A DNA stretch of 64,000 bases from Candidatus Micrarchaeota archaeon (GTDB taxonomy: Archaea; Micrarchaeota; Micrarchaeia; Micrarchaeales; CABMGC01), in contig DAHXNY010000002.1 of NCBI GenBank assembly GCA_027365175.1, positions 5,623 through 69,622 on the forward strand, read 5' to 3'. The notes under the pieces are model-generated. The model searched no databases. It was given only the letters and a program-made list of their open reading frames with translations, and was not told the DNA's origin. Shown here piece by piece: positions 1 through 9,346 of this stretch. The position numbers and the translations under genes were made by a program. Position 1 is the first letter of the stretch. Every line of letters starts with the position of its first letter.

Positions 1-747
1 TCTGTTAAGCAGCTTCTCAAAGGACGTTTTTATACTCGCATCCGCCTTTTCAAGCATCCCATTGATCACGAATATCTTCTTCCTGCGCTCTGAGGTTATC
101 TTCTCCACAGCGCATGTAGTGTCATACTCATCCCTTCCTCTTATCCTGTCAAAAACAATCCGCGCATCCTCGCTGCTCCTCGCCATGACTCCTATCTTGT
201 CAAGAGAGTTCGCATAATCTATAAGCCCGTATCTCGATACCGAGCCGTATGTCGGGGTAAAACCGACAACGCCGTTAAGAGCGGCAGGAGTAGCTATGCT
301 CCCTCCGGTAGATTCCGCTATAGAGACATGGTACTTCATGAGAGCTGCTGCAACTGCAGCACCGCTGCTCGATCCTCCTGCAGCATACTCCTTGTCAAAT
401 GCGTTTCTTGCAGGCACCTCTGTGTTGGTGCCGAAGGTGCCGAAGCCGAACTCGTCCATTCCTGTGACCCCTGCAAACGCAAACCTTTTATCTGAGAGCA
501 TGCGCTCAACCGCAGTGGCATTGAAACTCGGCGCATATCCTTTAAGCATCTTGGAACCTGCATCTGTCTCAAAGCCCTTCACGCAGATGTTGGCCTTGGT
601 GCCGAAGAGAAAGCCGCAATCTGCATCCTTGTTAATCACATTGAATGCATGATATTCATCATTCAGCTTCTCCAGCTGTACAAAAAGATCATCGTAATAA
701 TCCTTCGGCTTCTCAATACCGTTGAATTCTTCTATATAGCTGGTCAT
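1..747 (-). CDS. gatA: Glu/Asp-tRNA amidotransferase subunit A, N-terminal 249 codons (3' part runs off the window)
   Basis: Open minus-strand frame from ATG 747-745 to the window edge. Amidase signature GGSSSGAA and ESTGGSIATPAAL. Directly downstream of gatC. Confidence 0.85.
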   Translation of the reverse strand, partial: MTSYIEEFNGIEKPKDYYDDLFVQLEKLNDEYHAFNVINKDADCGFLFGTKANICVKGFETDAGSKMLKGYAPSFNATAVERMLSDKRFAFAGVTGMDEFGFGTFGTNTEVPARNAFDKEYAAGGSSSGAAVAAALMKYHVSIAESTGGSIATPAALNGVVGFTPTYGSVSRYGLIDYANSLDKIGVMARSSEDARIVFDRIRGRDEYDTTCAVEKITSERRKKIFVINGMLEKADASIKTSFEKLLNR

Positions 748-758
748 CTGATCCTTCC

Positions 759-1028
759 TTACAATTTTGGCCCTACGATGTAACCGTTGCTGGTCTTAGA
801 CCTCTTCTTCAGGCTCTCCGCATCTGCAAATGGCTTTACAGTATCATCCCTTAGCCTTCCAGGAACATCTACAGGATGGTACGCCGGCTCTCCGCTCGCT
901 TCTACGGAAGAGATCTCGTCAAAATAAGCCATTACCTGTTCGAAATCCCTCTTTATCTGCACGCGCTCCTCATCGCTGACCCTAAGCCTTGTTATTTTCA
1001 GAAGCCTGTCAAACTCTTTATCCTGCAT
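759..1028 (-). CDS. gatC: Glu/Asp-tRNA amidotransferase subunit C
   Basis: About 90 aa with a typical GatC pattern (RLRVSDEE...YFDEI...HPV...LRDD). The ATG at 1028 is preferred over the TTG at 1037. Lies upstream of gatA. Confidence 0.8.
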   Translation of the reverse strand: MQDKEFDRLLKITRLRVSDEERVQIKRDFEQVMAYFDEISSVEASGEPAYHPVDVPGRLRDDTVKPFADAESLKKRSKTSNGYIVGPKL

Positions 1029-1093
1029 ACAGATCAAATTCTTGCCGCAATGCCATTAAAACTTTTTTGTCCAATCATCCAGAAAGAAAAGAC

Positions 1094-1876
1094 TTAACCC
1101 TCATTCTTCTTACTGTGATTCCTGTTCCTATTCAAGGATCTCTTCAGATCCTCCTTCAGCCTGTCAGCTATGTAATTCTTTGAAAAGGCATCTGCCCTCG
1201 CTGCAATCGCAAGCTTCGTTGCGTATACTCTTGCAATCCTGCCTCTGTCCTCCCTTCCTGCATTGGCTATGTCCTGCATCTTGAACAACGCGCCGTATTT
1301 AGGGGGCTTTGAACCGAACTTAAGGTGCTTGAACAGCGCCTTTTCCGCCCCAAGGAGCTGTATTGTGCTCGCAGGCATAAGTGCAAGCTTCTCCACCGAA
1401 CCTGCCTTGGCAAGCAGCTCAGCTGCAATCTTGTAATCTATAAGCGCGGTGACATTCGGCATAAGTCTCTCTGCACTCTCCTTTATGTATTCGAGAATCT
1501 TCTCATTGAGCTCTATCATCTGTATCTCATGCTCGGCTATGCTCTTCAGGAGTGCGTACTCCTTTTCCTCAGGGTCTGCTCCCATGCTGTTCTGTGCGTT
1601 TTTCGCTATAACCTCTGCATTATCGCTGAATATCTTGTCAAGGTCTGCTGCAGTTGCAGATTTCTTGTCCCTTCCAAATTCCACTACAAACATTGCATAG
1701 CTTCTCGGGCTCCCTGTCTTGAGTTCAGGGAAGTACATGCTGTACCACTCCTCAAGCTTCTCATTCATCAGGTTTATCATGCGTTCGTTCTCGGTAAATG
1801 TGGAAAATGCCTGTATAAGCGAATGGTCCATCTTAGAATAGGCTTCGCTGACGTTAATCTTCGCGTTTTCCAGCAA
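1094..1876 (-). CDS. Nop5/Nop56/58-family C/D box RNP protein, short form with NOSIC and Nop domains only
   Basis: EWYSMYFPEL (NOSIC-like) and LMPASTIQLLGAEKALFKHL...KYGALF...RGRIARVYATKLAIAARADAF (Nop domain). TTG start, with an in-frame stop about 20 codons upstream. Confidence 0.7.
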   Translation of the reverse strand: MLENAKINVSEAYSKMDHSLIQAFSTFTENERMINLMNEKLEEWYSMYFPELKTGSPRSYAMFVVEFGRDKKSATAADLDKIFSDNAEVIAKNAQNSMGADPEEKEYALLKSIAEHEIQMIELNEKILEYIKESAERLMPNVTALIDYKIAAELLAKAGSVEKLALMPASTIQLLGAEKALFKHLKFGSKPPKYGALFKMQDIANAGREDRGRIARVYATKLAIAARADAFSKNYIADRLKEDLKRSLNRNRNHSKKNEG

Positions 1877-2454
1877 ACGCTTCCTCTTTTCCTTTATACT
1901 CTCGCTTACAGAATCACCTAATGCAAAATACAGCTAACTAACATACAAGGTAAAGAATAAATAATCTATTTACTTTGAAGATTAGGATCCAGTCTGTTTA
2001 AAAATCTGGACAAAGCAACCTTTTTACTTGCAGGATCCCTTTTATGTTCAAAAAGCCTGATAAATTTCTCAGAATACTCAGCAGCAACATCGAAATTATC
2101 CATATGTCCTCTCCGTTTCACATCTTTTATTACATCCTTAAGAAATTCAAGATTTCTACCTTCAACCGTTCCCGCATAGCTTGTCTAAACAAACCCAGTC
2201 TATCTACAAAACTTCTATCTGCAAAATTCTCCAGTTTTTTAAATACCTTCATTCTATCCCCACGTACAATATGGATACACAAGCATATAGACATTACTCT
2301 CGGTACATGTTTAGAAAGTACTGCTTTCAACAAATACCTGAATTCTAATTAACCGCATGCCTAGTTGCTAAAACTCGAGCCAATGCAGATATATTTTATA
2401 TCTTGCCAACACACTCATACTGAGAAATCCTTCAGTAACTACTGAGGCATTCAC

Positions 2455-3936
2455 ATGGAAAAGAGCGAGATAAGGGCAGAGGACATAGTAAAAAGGAGAT
2501 CTATATTCTACAAGGCATTCGGAATATACGGCGAACCTGCGGGCTTCTACGATTATGGGCCGATAGGCCTTGCCATAAAGAGGAACATAGAAAGGGCATG
2601 GAGGAAGGCAGTGCCGGAGCACCCCGGATTCATAGAGATAGAAGTAACTACACTCGCCCCCGAACCTGTATTCAAGGCAAGCGGCCATCTCTCAACATTT
2701 ACCGATCCGATAATAGTCTGCAGCTCCTGCCATGCAGGCAACAGGGCTGACAAGATTCTCGAAAGCTTCTATTCGAAGAAAGATGACAAGGCAGCTATAA
2801 CTGCACTTAGGAAGATGGACACAAAGAGCATGGCAGCCGAGATAAAGAAGAGCAAGCTCAAGTGCGAGAAATGCGGCACCGAACTTACAGGCGCTGTAGA
2901 GTACTTCAATCTGATGTTCAAGACCTATGCCGGCCAGGGGACTGCAGAACCTATGTATCTAAGGCCTGAAACCGCACAGGGCATATTCATGGACTTCAAG
3001 GAGCTGTACAGGCTGAATTCACTGAAGCTTCCATGTGGCGTATGCCAGTCGGGAAAGGCATACAGGAACGAGATATCGCCAAGGCAGCAGCTTGTGCGGA
3101 TGCGCGAATTCACGCAGATGGAAGCTGAGCTCTTCTACGATCCGAAGACAGATTTCAACAATACTCCCCTTGGGGAGTACTCCAAGAGCCATAAGCTATT
3201 CGAGACAAAGATACGCTTTGCGGAGAGTGGAAAGGATCCCAAGCAGATCAGCATAAATGAATTGATAGACTCGAAGAAGGTGCCTAACGGGTACTTTGCA
3301 TTCCTAATATACAAGGACTATGAATTCATGAAGAGCATAGGCTTTGAGACAGAGGAGTACTGGTTCAGGGAGATAGAGAAGGAGGAGCTGCCGCATTATT
3401 CAAGGTGCAACCTTGACATTGAAATTGAAACCTCGTACGGAACGATAGAGGTTACGGGCATAGCAGACAGGGGAACATTCGACCTGCAGTCGCATTCAAA
3501 GCTATCTGGACAGGATCTTGCAATAATGAACAACGAGGAGAAGGTGCTTCCGAGCGTTGCCGAGCTTAGCATAGGCCTTGACCGCATACTTCTTGCGATT
3601 CTAGACAAGAAGACGGTGGACGATAAGGAAAGAGGATGGAAGTGGCTTAAACTGGAAAAGAGCATGGCACCTTACGATTATTCGATATTCCCTCTTCAGA
3701 AGGAAGAGAAGCTGGTGGCCATGGCAATGAAGATAAGCGAACATCTGAAGGAGAAGGGCCTGAAATGCAACTATTCCGATTCGGCCAGCATAGGCAAGCG
3801 CTATGCAAAGAGCGACGAGATAGGGGTTGCAAATGCAATCACTATCGATTTCCAGAGCCTTGAGGACAACACAGTTACGATAAGGGACAGAAATACTGCA
3901 GGGCAGAGGCGCGTAAAATGGGAAGAGATAGCCTGA
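2455..3936 (+). CDS. glyS: Glycyl-tRNA synthetase (class II, archaeal/eukaryotic type)
   Basis: 493 aa with class II motifs (YLRPETAQGIF, GKAYRNEISPR, SIGLDR) and a C-terminal anticodon-binding-like region. Confidence 0.9.
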   Translation: MEKSEIRAEDIVKRRSIFYKAFGIYGEPAGFYDYGPIGLAIKRNIERAWRKAVPEHPGFIEIEVTTLAPEPVFKASGHLSTFTDPIIVCSSCHAGNRADKILESFYSKKDDKAAITALRKMDTKSMAAEIKKSKLKCEKCGTELTGAVEYFNLMFKTYAGQGTAEPMYLRPETAQGIFMDFKELYRLNSLKLPCGVCQSGKAYRNEISPRQQLVRMREFTQMEAELFYDPKTDFNNTPLGEYSKSHKLFETKIRFAESGKDPKQISINELIDSKKVPNGYFAFLIYKDYEFMKSIGFETEEYWFREIEKEELPHYSRCNLDIEIETSYGTIEVTGIADRGTFDLQSHSKLSGQDLAIMNNEEKVLPSVAELSIGLDRILLAILDKKTVDDKERGWKWLKLEKSMAPYDYSIFPLQKEEKLVAMAMKISEHLKEKGLKCNYSDSASIGKRYAKSDEIGVANAITIDFQSLEDNTVTIRDRNTAGQRRVKWEEIA

Positions 3937-4784
3937 TCATAAAAGGGCCGTTTGACATAAGGAACAGCATAGAGAGCGGGCAACCTCTCGCCTTCCACGC
4001 CGAATATGCACACAGCGGCAAATCCTTTGCATTATCATACGCAACTTCCAGAGGAGTGATGAAAGCCACTCTGAAAGGCAAGCGGCTGGAGTATTCATGG
4101 CAGGGCGATTATAATCCAGGGAGTGCAAAGGAAGAGATAGAGAGGCGGTTCCGCATAAAGGACAACATGCCATCGATATACAGGAAGATATGCACAGACG
4201 AATTCATGAGGAGTGCAATATCTGCATACAACGGCATGCGTGTAACGCAGAACGATCCGTGGGAAACAACATTATGCTTCATACTCTCGCAATTCAACAA
4301 CATGAAGAGGATACGCGGCTCCGTGCGCATGCTGATAAATACGTATGGCACCGGCATTGAGGGAAGCGGAAAGAAGCTCTTCCCTTCTGCAGAACAGATT
4401 AAGGGTGCAAGCATAGAGGAGCTGATGAGACATGGTGCGGGCTTCCGTGCGAAGTACATAAAGCACGCTGCAGATTTCTGCACTGAGAATCTTGACCTGC
4501 AGTCGCTCTACAGGAAGGATTATGAAGATGCAAAGGAAGCTATAATGGAGATAGATGGAGTGGGGGACAAGGTTGCAGACTGCATAATGCTCTTCGCATA
4601 CAACAAGATGGAGGCCTTCCCCATAGACACGTGGGTCAAGAGGGTTCTAGAGACGGTATATTTCAATGGCAAGAAGAAGAAAATAAGGGAGCTGCACCAG
4701 TTTGCGTCTGAAAGATGGCCTGGAATGGAAGGATACGCCCAGCAGTACCTATTCTGGCATGCACGATCAATGAAGCTAAGGTGA
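3918..4784 (+). CDS. ogg: 8-oxoguanine DNA glycosylase/AP lyase (HhH-GPD, Ogg type)
   Basis: HhH-GPD motif IDGVGDKVADCIMLFAY...FPIDTWVKRV. Overlaps the glyS 3' end by 19 nt. Confidence 0.75.
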   Translation: MGRDSLIIKGPFDIRNSIESGQPLAFHAEYAHSGKSFALSYATSRGVMKATLKGKRLEYSWQGDYNPGSAKEEIERRFRIKDNMPSIYRKICTDEFMRSAISAYNGMRVTQNDPWETTLCFILSQFNNMKRIRGSVRMLINTYGTGIEGSGKKLFPSAEQIKGASIEELMRHGAGFRAKYIKHAADFCTENLDLQSLYRKDYEDAKEAIMEIDGVGDKVADCIMLFAYNKMEAFPIDTWVKRVLETVYFNGKKKKIRELHQFASERWPGMEGYAQQYLFWHARSMKLR

Positions 4785-4788
4785 AGGT

Positions 4789-5349
4789 ATGATAAACGAC
4801 ATAAAGCAGGTTGAAAAGAAGATACAGGATCTGGAGGAGCAGAGGGAGCAGGTCCTATCTCTCTCAAGGGAGCTTATACGCAATGCAGGAAAGGCCATAG
4901 TCGCAATGCATGCGAAGGACAACGCCAAGGCAAAGAAGCTCCTGTCAGACATGGAAGCCATAAGAAACAGACTGACGGATGTGGAGAGCGGATTCGAGTA
5001 TAATTCATTGCAGGCTCATCAGGAGTATGTGGAAGCAAGGATACTGGATGGCATAATCGCCAAGAAGAAGATACTTGGCATGAAGGAGCTCGGCGTTGAC
5101 GAGAAGGCATACACGCTCGGGCTGATGGATGTCGTTGGGGAGCTAAAAAGAGAGGCAATAGACTCTCTGCTGAACAACAACCCCAAAGCTGCTGAGACAT
5201 ATTACGCTTTTATGGTAGACATATACGATTCGACTTTGCACCTGAGATTTGCAAACGCCGTACTGCCTGATTTCAGAAGAAAGCAGGATTCAGCAAGGAT
5301 ACAGGTTGAGAATACCGCAAGCGAGATACTCAGGACAAAGCAGAAATGA
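4789..5349 (+). CDS. Translin-family protein (COG2178-like)
   Basis: 186-aa helical protein. The overall pattern (QEYVEA...YTLGLMDVVGELKR...RRKQD) resembles archaeal translin-like proteins. A GGTGA SD precedes the ATG. Confidence 0.55.
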   Translation: MINDIKQVEKKIQDLEEQREQVLSLSRELIRNAGKAIVAMHAKDNAKAKKLLSDMEAIRNRLTDVESGFEYNSLQAHQEYVEARILDGIIAKKKILGMKELGVDEKAYTLGLMDVVGELKREAIDSLLNNNPKAAETYYAFMVDIYDSTLHLRFANAVLPDFRRKQDSARIQVENTASEILRTKQK

Positions 5350-5350
5350 G

Positions 5351-5956
5351 CTATATGACCGAACCGAGGTAAGCTCCCAACGCGGCGAGTACGGGTATTG
5401 AAAGATTATCATTCACCAGATTGCCTGCATCACCGATCATGCCTATTACGGAAGAGAGTATGGCTATCAAAGCAGCTCCTGTGAGTGCATATGTGAGAAT
5501 CATACTGACTAAAATCCCCATGCATATCCCTATAAACGACCTTCTCCTCCGAAGCAATGCCTTTGTCATGCCGCTGACAGAGTCTCCAAACGTAAGGCAG
5601 ACTGTAGAAGCTATTACTATCTGGGGCCCGAAGAATGCAATTGCAAATAAGCTGCCGATTATCCAATACGGGACGCGCATCCTCTTCCATCTCTCTTTGA
5701 AGGTGCCATTCACGGTGCTTCTTGAGAAGCTCCTTAACAGGATTGCCGTGGGGGTATTGTATCCATAGCGTATTCTTAAAAACTCGGAAGAGAGCATGAA
5801 TACAAGATATATTACGTAAATAGCCAGTTCTGTGAGCCTGGAAAGGCCCAGAAATACGAAAAGAATCGGCCAGAATGTCAGAAGTACATGTGCAAGCTTA
5901 CGCCTTGCCTCAAAACCCAGATGCTCATTGGTCATTCGAAACACACCAGGCAACAC
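5351..5956 (-). CDS. Polytopic membrane protein, dolichol kinase/cytidylyltransferase family (COG0170-like)
   Basis: Six or so hydrophobic segments. N-terminal RKLAHV and FGDSVSGM motifs resemble SEC59/phytol kinase-type proteins. Confidence 0.5.
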   Translation of the reverse strand: MLPGVFRMTNEHLGFEARRKLAHVLLTFWPILFVFLGLSRLTELAIYVIYLVFMLSSEFLRIRYGYNTPTAILLRSFSRSTVNGTFKERWKRMRVPYWIIGSLFAIAFFGPQIVIASTVCLTFGDSVSGMTKALLRRRRSFIGICMGILVSMILTYALTGAALIAILSSVIGMIGDAGNLVNDNLSIPVLAALGAYLGSVI

Positions 5957-6509
5957 GGCGGCTTTTCGACCTAAGTTCTTCTTTCACATCGGTGTTGTTA
6001 TCTACTGTAAAGTCAGATTTATCTATTACGTCATTCACTCCAACGATAAGTTTTACGGAGTCCTTCCTTTCTGCCTCTCTGGTTCCGTTAACTATGCCTC
6101 CTCCTATCCTATTAGTCACTCTTGCTATTCTCTTTGACCTGTCTGCAAATACATTTACTATGACGCAGTTTCTGCCGCCAAAGCCTGTAATCATCCACTC
6201 TGCAAGCTTGTACTCGTATAAACCATCTACTATTACGCTGCCTGACTTGTAAAGAGTGTCTGCTGCCCTAAGGATAACGGGTCTTGCAGCCTCAAAGCAC
6301 TCTATTGCTCCTTCATGCCTGATGAAATCAGAAATGCCATCAAATCCATTGTCCTTTGCAAAAGAGCGCATCTCCTGCCCTATGCTGAGCACCCGGCCTT
6401 TAAACGCATCCCTAAGCATGGAAGAGAGTTCGGTCTTGCCGCTCCCTGAATAGCCTGTTACCATTATTACCTTGTTTTTTGCAGAAACTGCCATAAGCTC
6501 ACTCAACAT
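5925..6509 (-). CDS. P-loop NTPase, nucleoside/nucleotide kinase-like
   Basis: Walker A VTGYSGSGKT near the N-terminus, about 190 aa. No further family assignment is possible by eye. Confidence 0.5.
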   Translation of the reverse strand: MLSELMAVSAKNKVIMVTGYSGSGKTELSSMLRDAFKGRVLSIGQEMRSFAKDNGFDGISDFIRHEGAIECFEAARPVILRAADTLYKSGSVIVDGLYEYKLAEWMITGFGGRNCVIVNVFADRSKRIARVTNRIGGGIVNGTREAERKDSVKLIVGVNDVIDKSDFTVDNNTDVKEELRSKSRRVAWCVSNDQ

Positions 6510-6909
6510 GAAACCTTATGAAATCTCCAAGGCCTTCTATAACATCTGCATCGACGGCTTCCTCCAAGCGCATCCATGCATAATCATCATGGTCTTTGCT
6601 CATATTTATGCTTTTTCCGGAATAATCCCCTTTATAAACGAGCATCACTGCGTGGAAGTCACTGCCCTTCGCACTCATCTGCACGGTATAAACTCCCACG
6701 AAAGCCGGATCTATAATCTTTCCTCCTGTCTCCTCGTCAATCTCCCTGTTCAAAGTATCCATTACCTCCTCTCCCCACTCCATCTTTCCACCTGGGAGCT
6801 GCCATTTTCCTCCCGCCCATGAACTGCTCTTAACTCTCTTCAGGAAGAGGAATTTCCCATGTCCGTCATGGAGAAGGGCGCCTACCCATACTATTATCCG
6901 TTTATCCAT
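6499..6909 (-). CDS. NUDIX hydrolase
   Basis: Nudix box GGKMEWGEEVMDTLNREIDEETG. Confidence 0.8.
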   Translation of the reverse strand: MDKRIIVWVGALLHDGHGKFLFLKRVKSSSWAGGKWQLPGGKMEWGEEVMDTLNREIDEETGGKIIDPAFVGVYTVQMSAKGSDFHAVMLVYKGDYSGKSINMSKDHDDYAWMRLEEAVDADVIEGLGDFIRFHVE

Positions 6910-7128
6910 ATGAAAAACACCTTAATACCGCATGGGCCATACACTTACTTGCGTGTGCCATTAAATGCTGCATAGCAAGTGCATATTCCACAATGCAGAA
7001 AGATTAACTGGATGACAGCAAGATGCTTAATCTCAGTTAAATAACTATCGTTCCGGTTACCTGCCTGACAAACTCTGCCATTTGAAAACGGCATCCTGTA
7101 AAGCAGCAGATGCCTGCTAACCGAAAAG

Positions 7129-7137
7129 CTTATATAT
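7129..7137 (+). promoter_or_regulatory. TATA-like box upstream of the 7181-10198 operon
   Basis: cttatatat lies 44 nt upstream of the ATG at 7181. A partial SD (gagtgag) sits at 7168-7175. Confidence 0.35.
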
Positions 7138-7180
7138 CTAACAAGTATACATTCTTTTACTAAAGTAAAAGAGTGAGTAT

Positions 7181-7570
7181 ATGAGTATAATAAGAGAAAT
7201 CAGGATAAAAGGCACGGTGCGGAGTGTCTGCACGAAGATTCCCTTGATAGGACTGATGGCATTCCTTGCCACTGTGAAGTATACCTACGCGGCCGCGTTC
7301 ACATTCGACATAATAGGAACACTCTCCTATGTGCAGACGCTGCTGATGCATGTAGGGCCTCTGCTCAGTGCGCTTCTGTTCATAATAGCGGGAATCTTCT
7401 ACGCGCTAGGGCAGCTCTTCCCTTCATACCAGCGTGCCAGTTTCCATACGACCGCAATAGACATAATAATCGGCGCGATAATCGTCGCCGTACTATCCTT
7501 TGCATCCAATGGTTTTGCTCTTGCTTCAACGCATCTACTGAGCAACCTGACAATAGCTAATGCGACGTGA
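7181..7570 (+). CDS. Small membrane protein with VirB2/TrbC-pilin-like (or CedA1/A2-like) topology
   Basis: 129 aa with a signal-like N-terminus followed by two long hydrophobic helices. First gene of a tight four-gene operon. Confidence 0.4.
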   Translation: MSIIREIRIKGTVRSVCTKIPLIGLMAFLATVKYTYAAAFTFDIIGTLSYVQTLLMHVGPLLSALLFIIAGIFYALGQLFPSYQRASFHTTAIDIIIGAIIVAVLSFASNGFALASTHLLSNLTIANAT

Positions 7571-8631
7571 AGCCTATGGACATGCTGCCGTTTGGTGCTT
7601 ATGGCTTCAGCATAGCCGTTTACGTGATAGGGATAATGCTATCGGTAGCTGGGATATCGCTGGGGATAGGGTATGCTGCAAACAAGAGATCCCTAAAGGA
7701 ATTCGGCAAAGAGGAGATATATCAATCGGTTATAAACGGCGTTCTGGTAGGGAGCATGCTCCTTCTCTTCTCTCAGAACGGGATTGTCAACAGCATGATA
7801 AACCAGATAACACTCTACAATTCAACGAGCATAACCTGCCAGTCGTACATGTCCGGCAACGCGGCTCTCTGCCTTGCATATGATTATCTTGCAGGCAGCG
7901 GTTACACATACGCAGGCACATTCCACCAATCCATCCTCTCATCCGTCACAACTCTGATGGTCGACCTGCTGGGCTTAAATACTATCCTTGGAGTTATAGG
8001 CTCTATAAGCATCAATCTGGTTGTCGTCAGCATATCCCTGGGTTCGGTAGTCAACCCTCTGATATCCCAGATAATGTACTTCGTAAGAATACTGACCACT
8101 ATACTTACTGGAGTGCTTGTGCAGTCCTCTATACTGATATTCATATCGCTCACTGCAACTACCTTAATACTGCCAGCGGGCCTGATACTGAGGTCCTTCT
8201 ACCCCACAAGGAAGCTCGGCGGATTCCTAATAGCTCTCGCTATAGGGCTCTACGTAGTACTTCCATTGTCATACGTGATGAATGCGATGATCGCTAACTC
8301 ATATTCGCAGACACTGAGCAACAGTAGCCTAGTCAGTCTTACCTCAAGCGCGTCAGGCTTCAAGAATACCCTTACCGGCATACCTGAAATAAAGAACCAG
8401 TCAGATTACGGACGGGCACTTTCATTCCTCGGGACCATAACTAATGGCATATCTGGCATATCCGATTACTTCTCAGGAATAGTAAACTGGCTGGTATCAA
8501 GCATAGCTTACTTCATCGTATACACGTTCATACTTCCAGGATTCAGCCTTATTCTGACGATAATCTCAGTAAGGGAGCTGTCAGCTATGCTCGGTTCAGA
8601 GGCGTTCTTTGATCTTTTCAGGGTTATGTGA
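7567..8631 (+). CDS. Polytopic membrane protein (VirB6/TrbL/CedA-like candidate)
   Basis: 354 aa with about 7-8 hydrophobic segments and one Ser/Asn-rich loop. Its start overlaps the previous stop (ATGA). Confidence 0.4.
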   Translation: MKPMDMLPFGAYGFSIAVYVIGIMLSVAGISLGIGYAANKRSLKEFGKEEIYQSVINGVLVGSMLLLFSQNGIVNSMINQITLYNSTSITCQSYMSGNAALCLAYDYLAGSGYTYAGTFHQSILSSVTTLMVDLLGLNTILGVIGSISINLVVVSISLGSVVNPLISQIMYFVRILTTILTGVLVQSSILIFISLTATTLILPAGLILRSFYPTRKLGGFLIALAIGLYVVLPLSYVMNAMIANSYSQTLSNSSLVSLTSSASGFKNTLTGIPEIKNQSDYGRALSFLGTITNGISGISDYFSGIVNWLVSSIAYFIVYTFILPGFSLILTIISVRELSAMLGSEAFFDLFRVM

Positions 8632-9342
8632 ATGGAGGAGATAAACAGGTTAAACAGGCTATACTCATATGCATTCTACTCCGCGGCAGTCCTGGTGCTG
8701 ATAGCTTCCGCAATCGCAAACAGCAGCTATGCCTTGATCAGTGCGATACTGCTCCTGTTATCAGCAGTCTATCTTAACTCTGGGCACATGATAAACAACA
8801 TGCTGATCAAAAGGTCAAGAGTAATAATCATAAGGAATGGATATAAGCTTGGCAGGAACCTCTCCTCCGCAGTCATACGCAATGGCGATTCATATACTGG
8901 AATATCGATTGCAGAATTCATTGTAAACAAGCACGTAGACAAAAGTTCATTCGAGCCTATTATAAACAACATAAAGGATCCCTTTGAGTTCTCAATATCA
9001 ATGAGGGAGGTGGACAGGGTTCGCCTAATCGAATCACTAGAAACGAAGAAGCGCGTAAAGGAGATCGCCCTTTCAAGAATAGAGCCGAAGATGTACAACA
9101 AGATAAACCAGGTAAAGAAGGAGATAGAGGTGATAGAGAAGGAAATGGCAAACATAACCGGTGGCGGAAGATCCCTTGAGATATCGATAAAGGTAAAGGC
9201 GATTAAAAACTCCATGGAAAGGATGGAAGCAGAGAGCGAACCTCCAAGGAGCATAGTGAGGATTGCAAATGCCTTCTGCACCAACCTGGGCCTCGATTAC
9301 AGGATACTCTCAGGAGAGGAGCTGCTTGCAAACATAATGTGA
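8632..9342 (+). CDS. Membrane-anchored protein resembling the N-terminal domain of VirB4/TrbE/CedB ATPases
   Basis: 236 aa with an N-terminal TM hairpin and a soluble alpha/beta-looking domain. Abuts the previous gene and precedes the ATPase by 4 nt. Confidence 0.4.
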   Translation: MEEINRLNRLYSYAFYSAAVLVLIASAIANSSYALISAILLLLSAVYLNSGHMINNMLIKRSRVIIIRNGYKLGRNLSSAVIRNGDSYTGISIAEFIVNKHVDKSSFEPIINNIKDPFEFSISMREVDRVRLIESLETKKRVKEIALSRIEPKMYNKINQVKKEIEVIEKEMANITGGGRSLEISIKVKAIKNSMERMEAESEPPRSIVRIANAFCTNLGLDYRILSGEELLANIM

Positions 9343-9346
9343 TCGC

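Noticed and set aside
1921-2454. Small overlapping minus-strand ORFs (2130-2333, and an unlisted 45-codon ORF at about 1966-2103) could be one frameshifted small gene. There is also a + strand ORF at 2044-2352.
   Set aside because: No recognisable motif, alternative frames contain stops, and the coding strand is ambiguous. The support is too weak to annotate.
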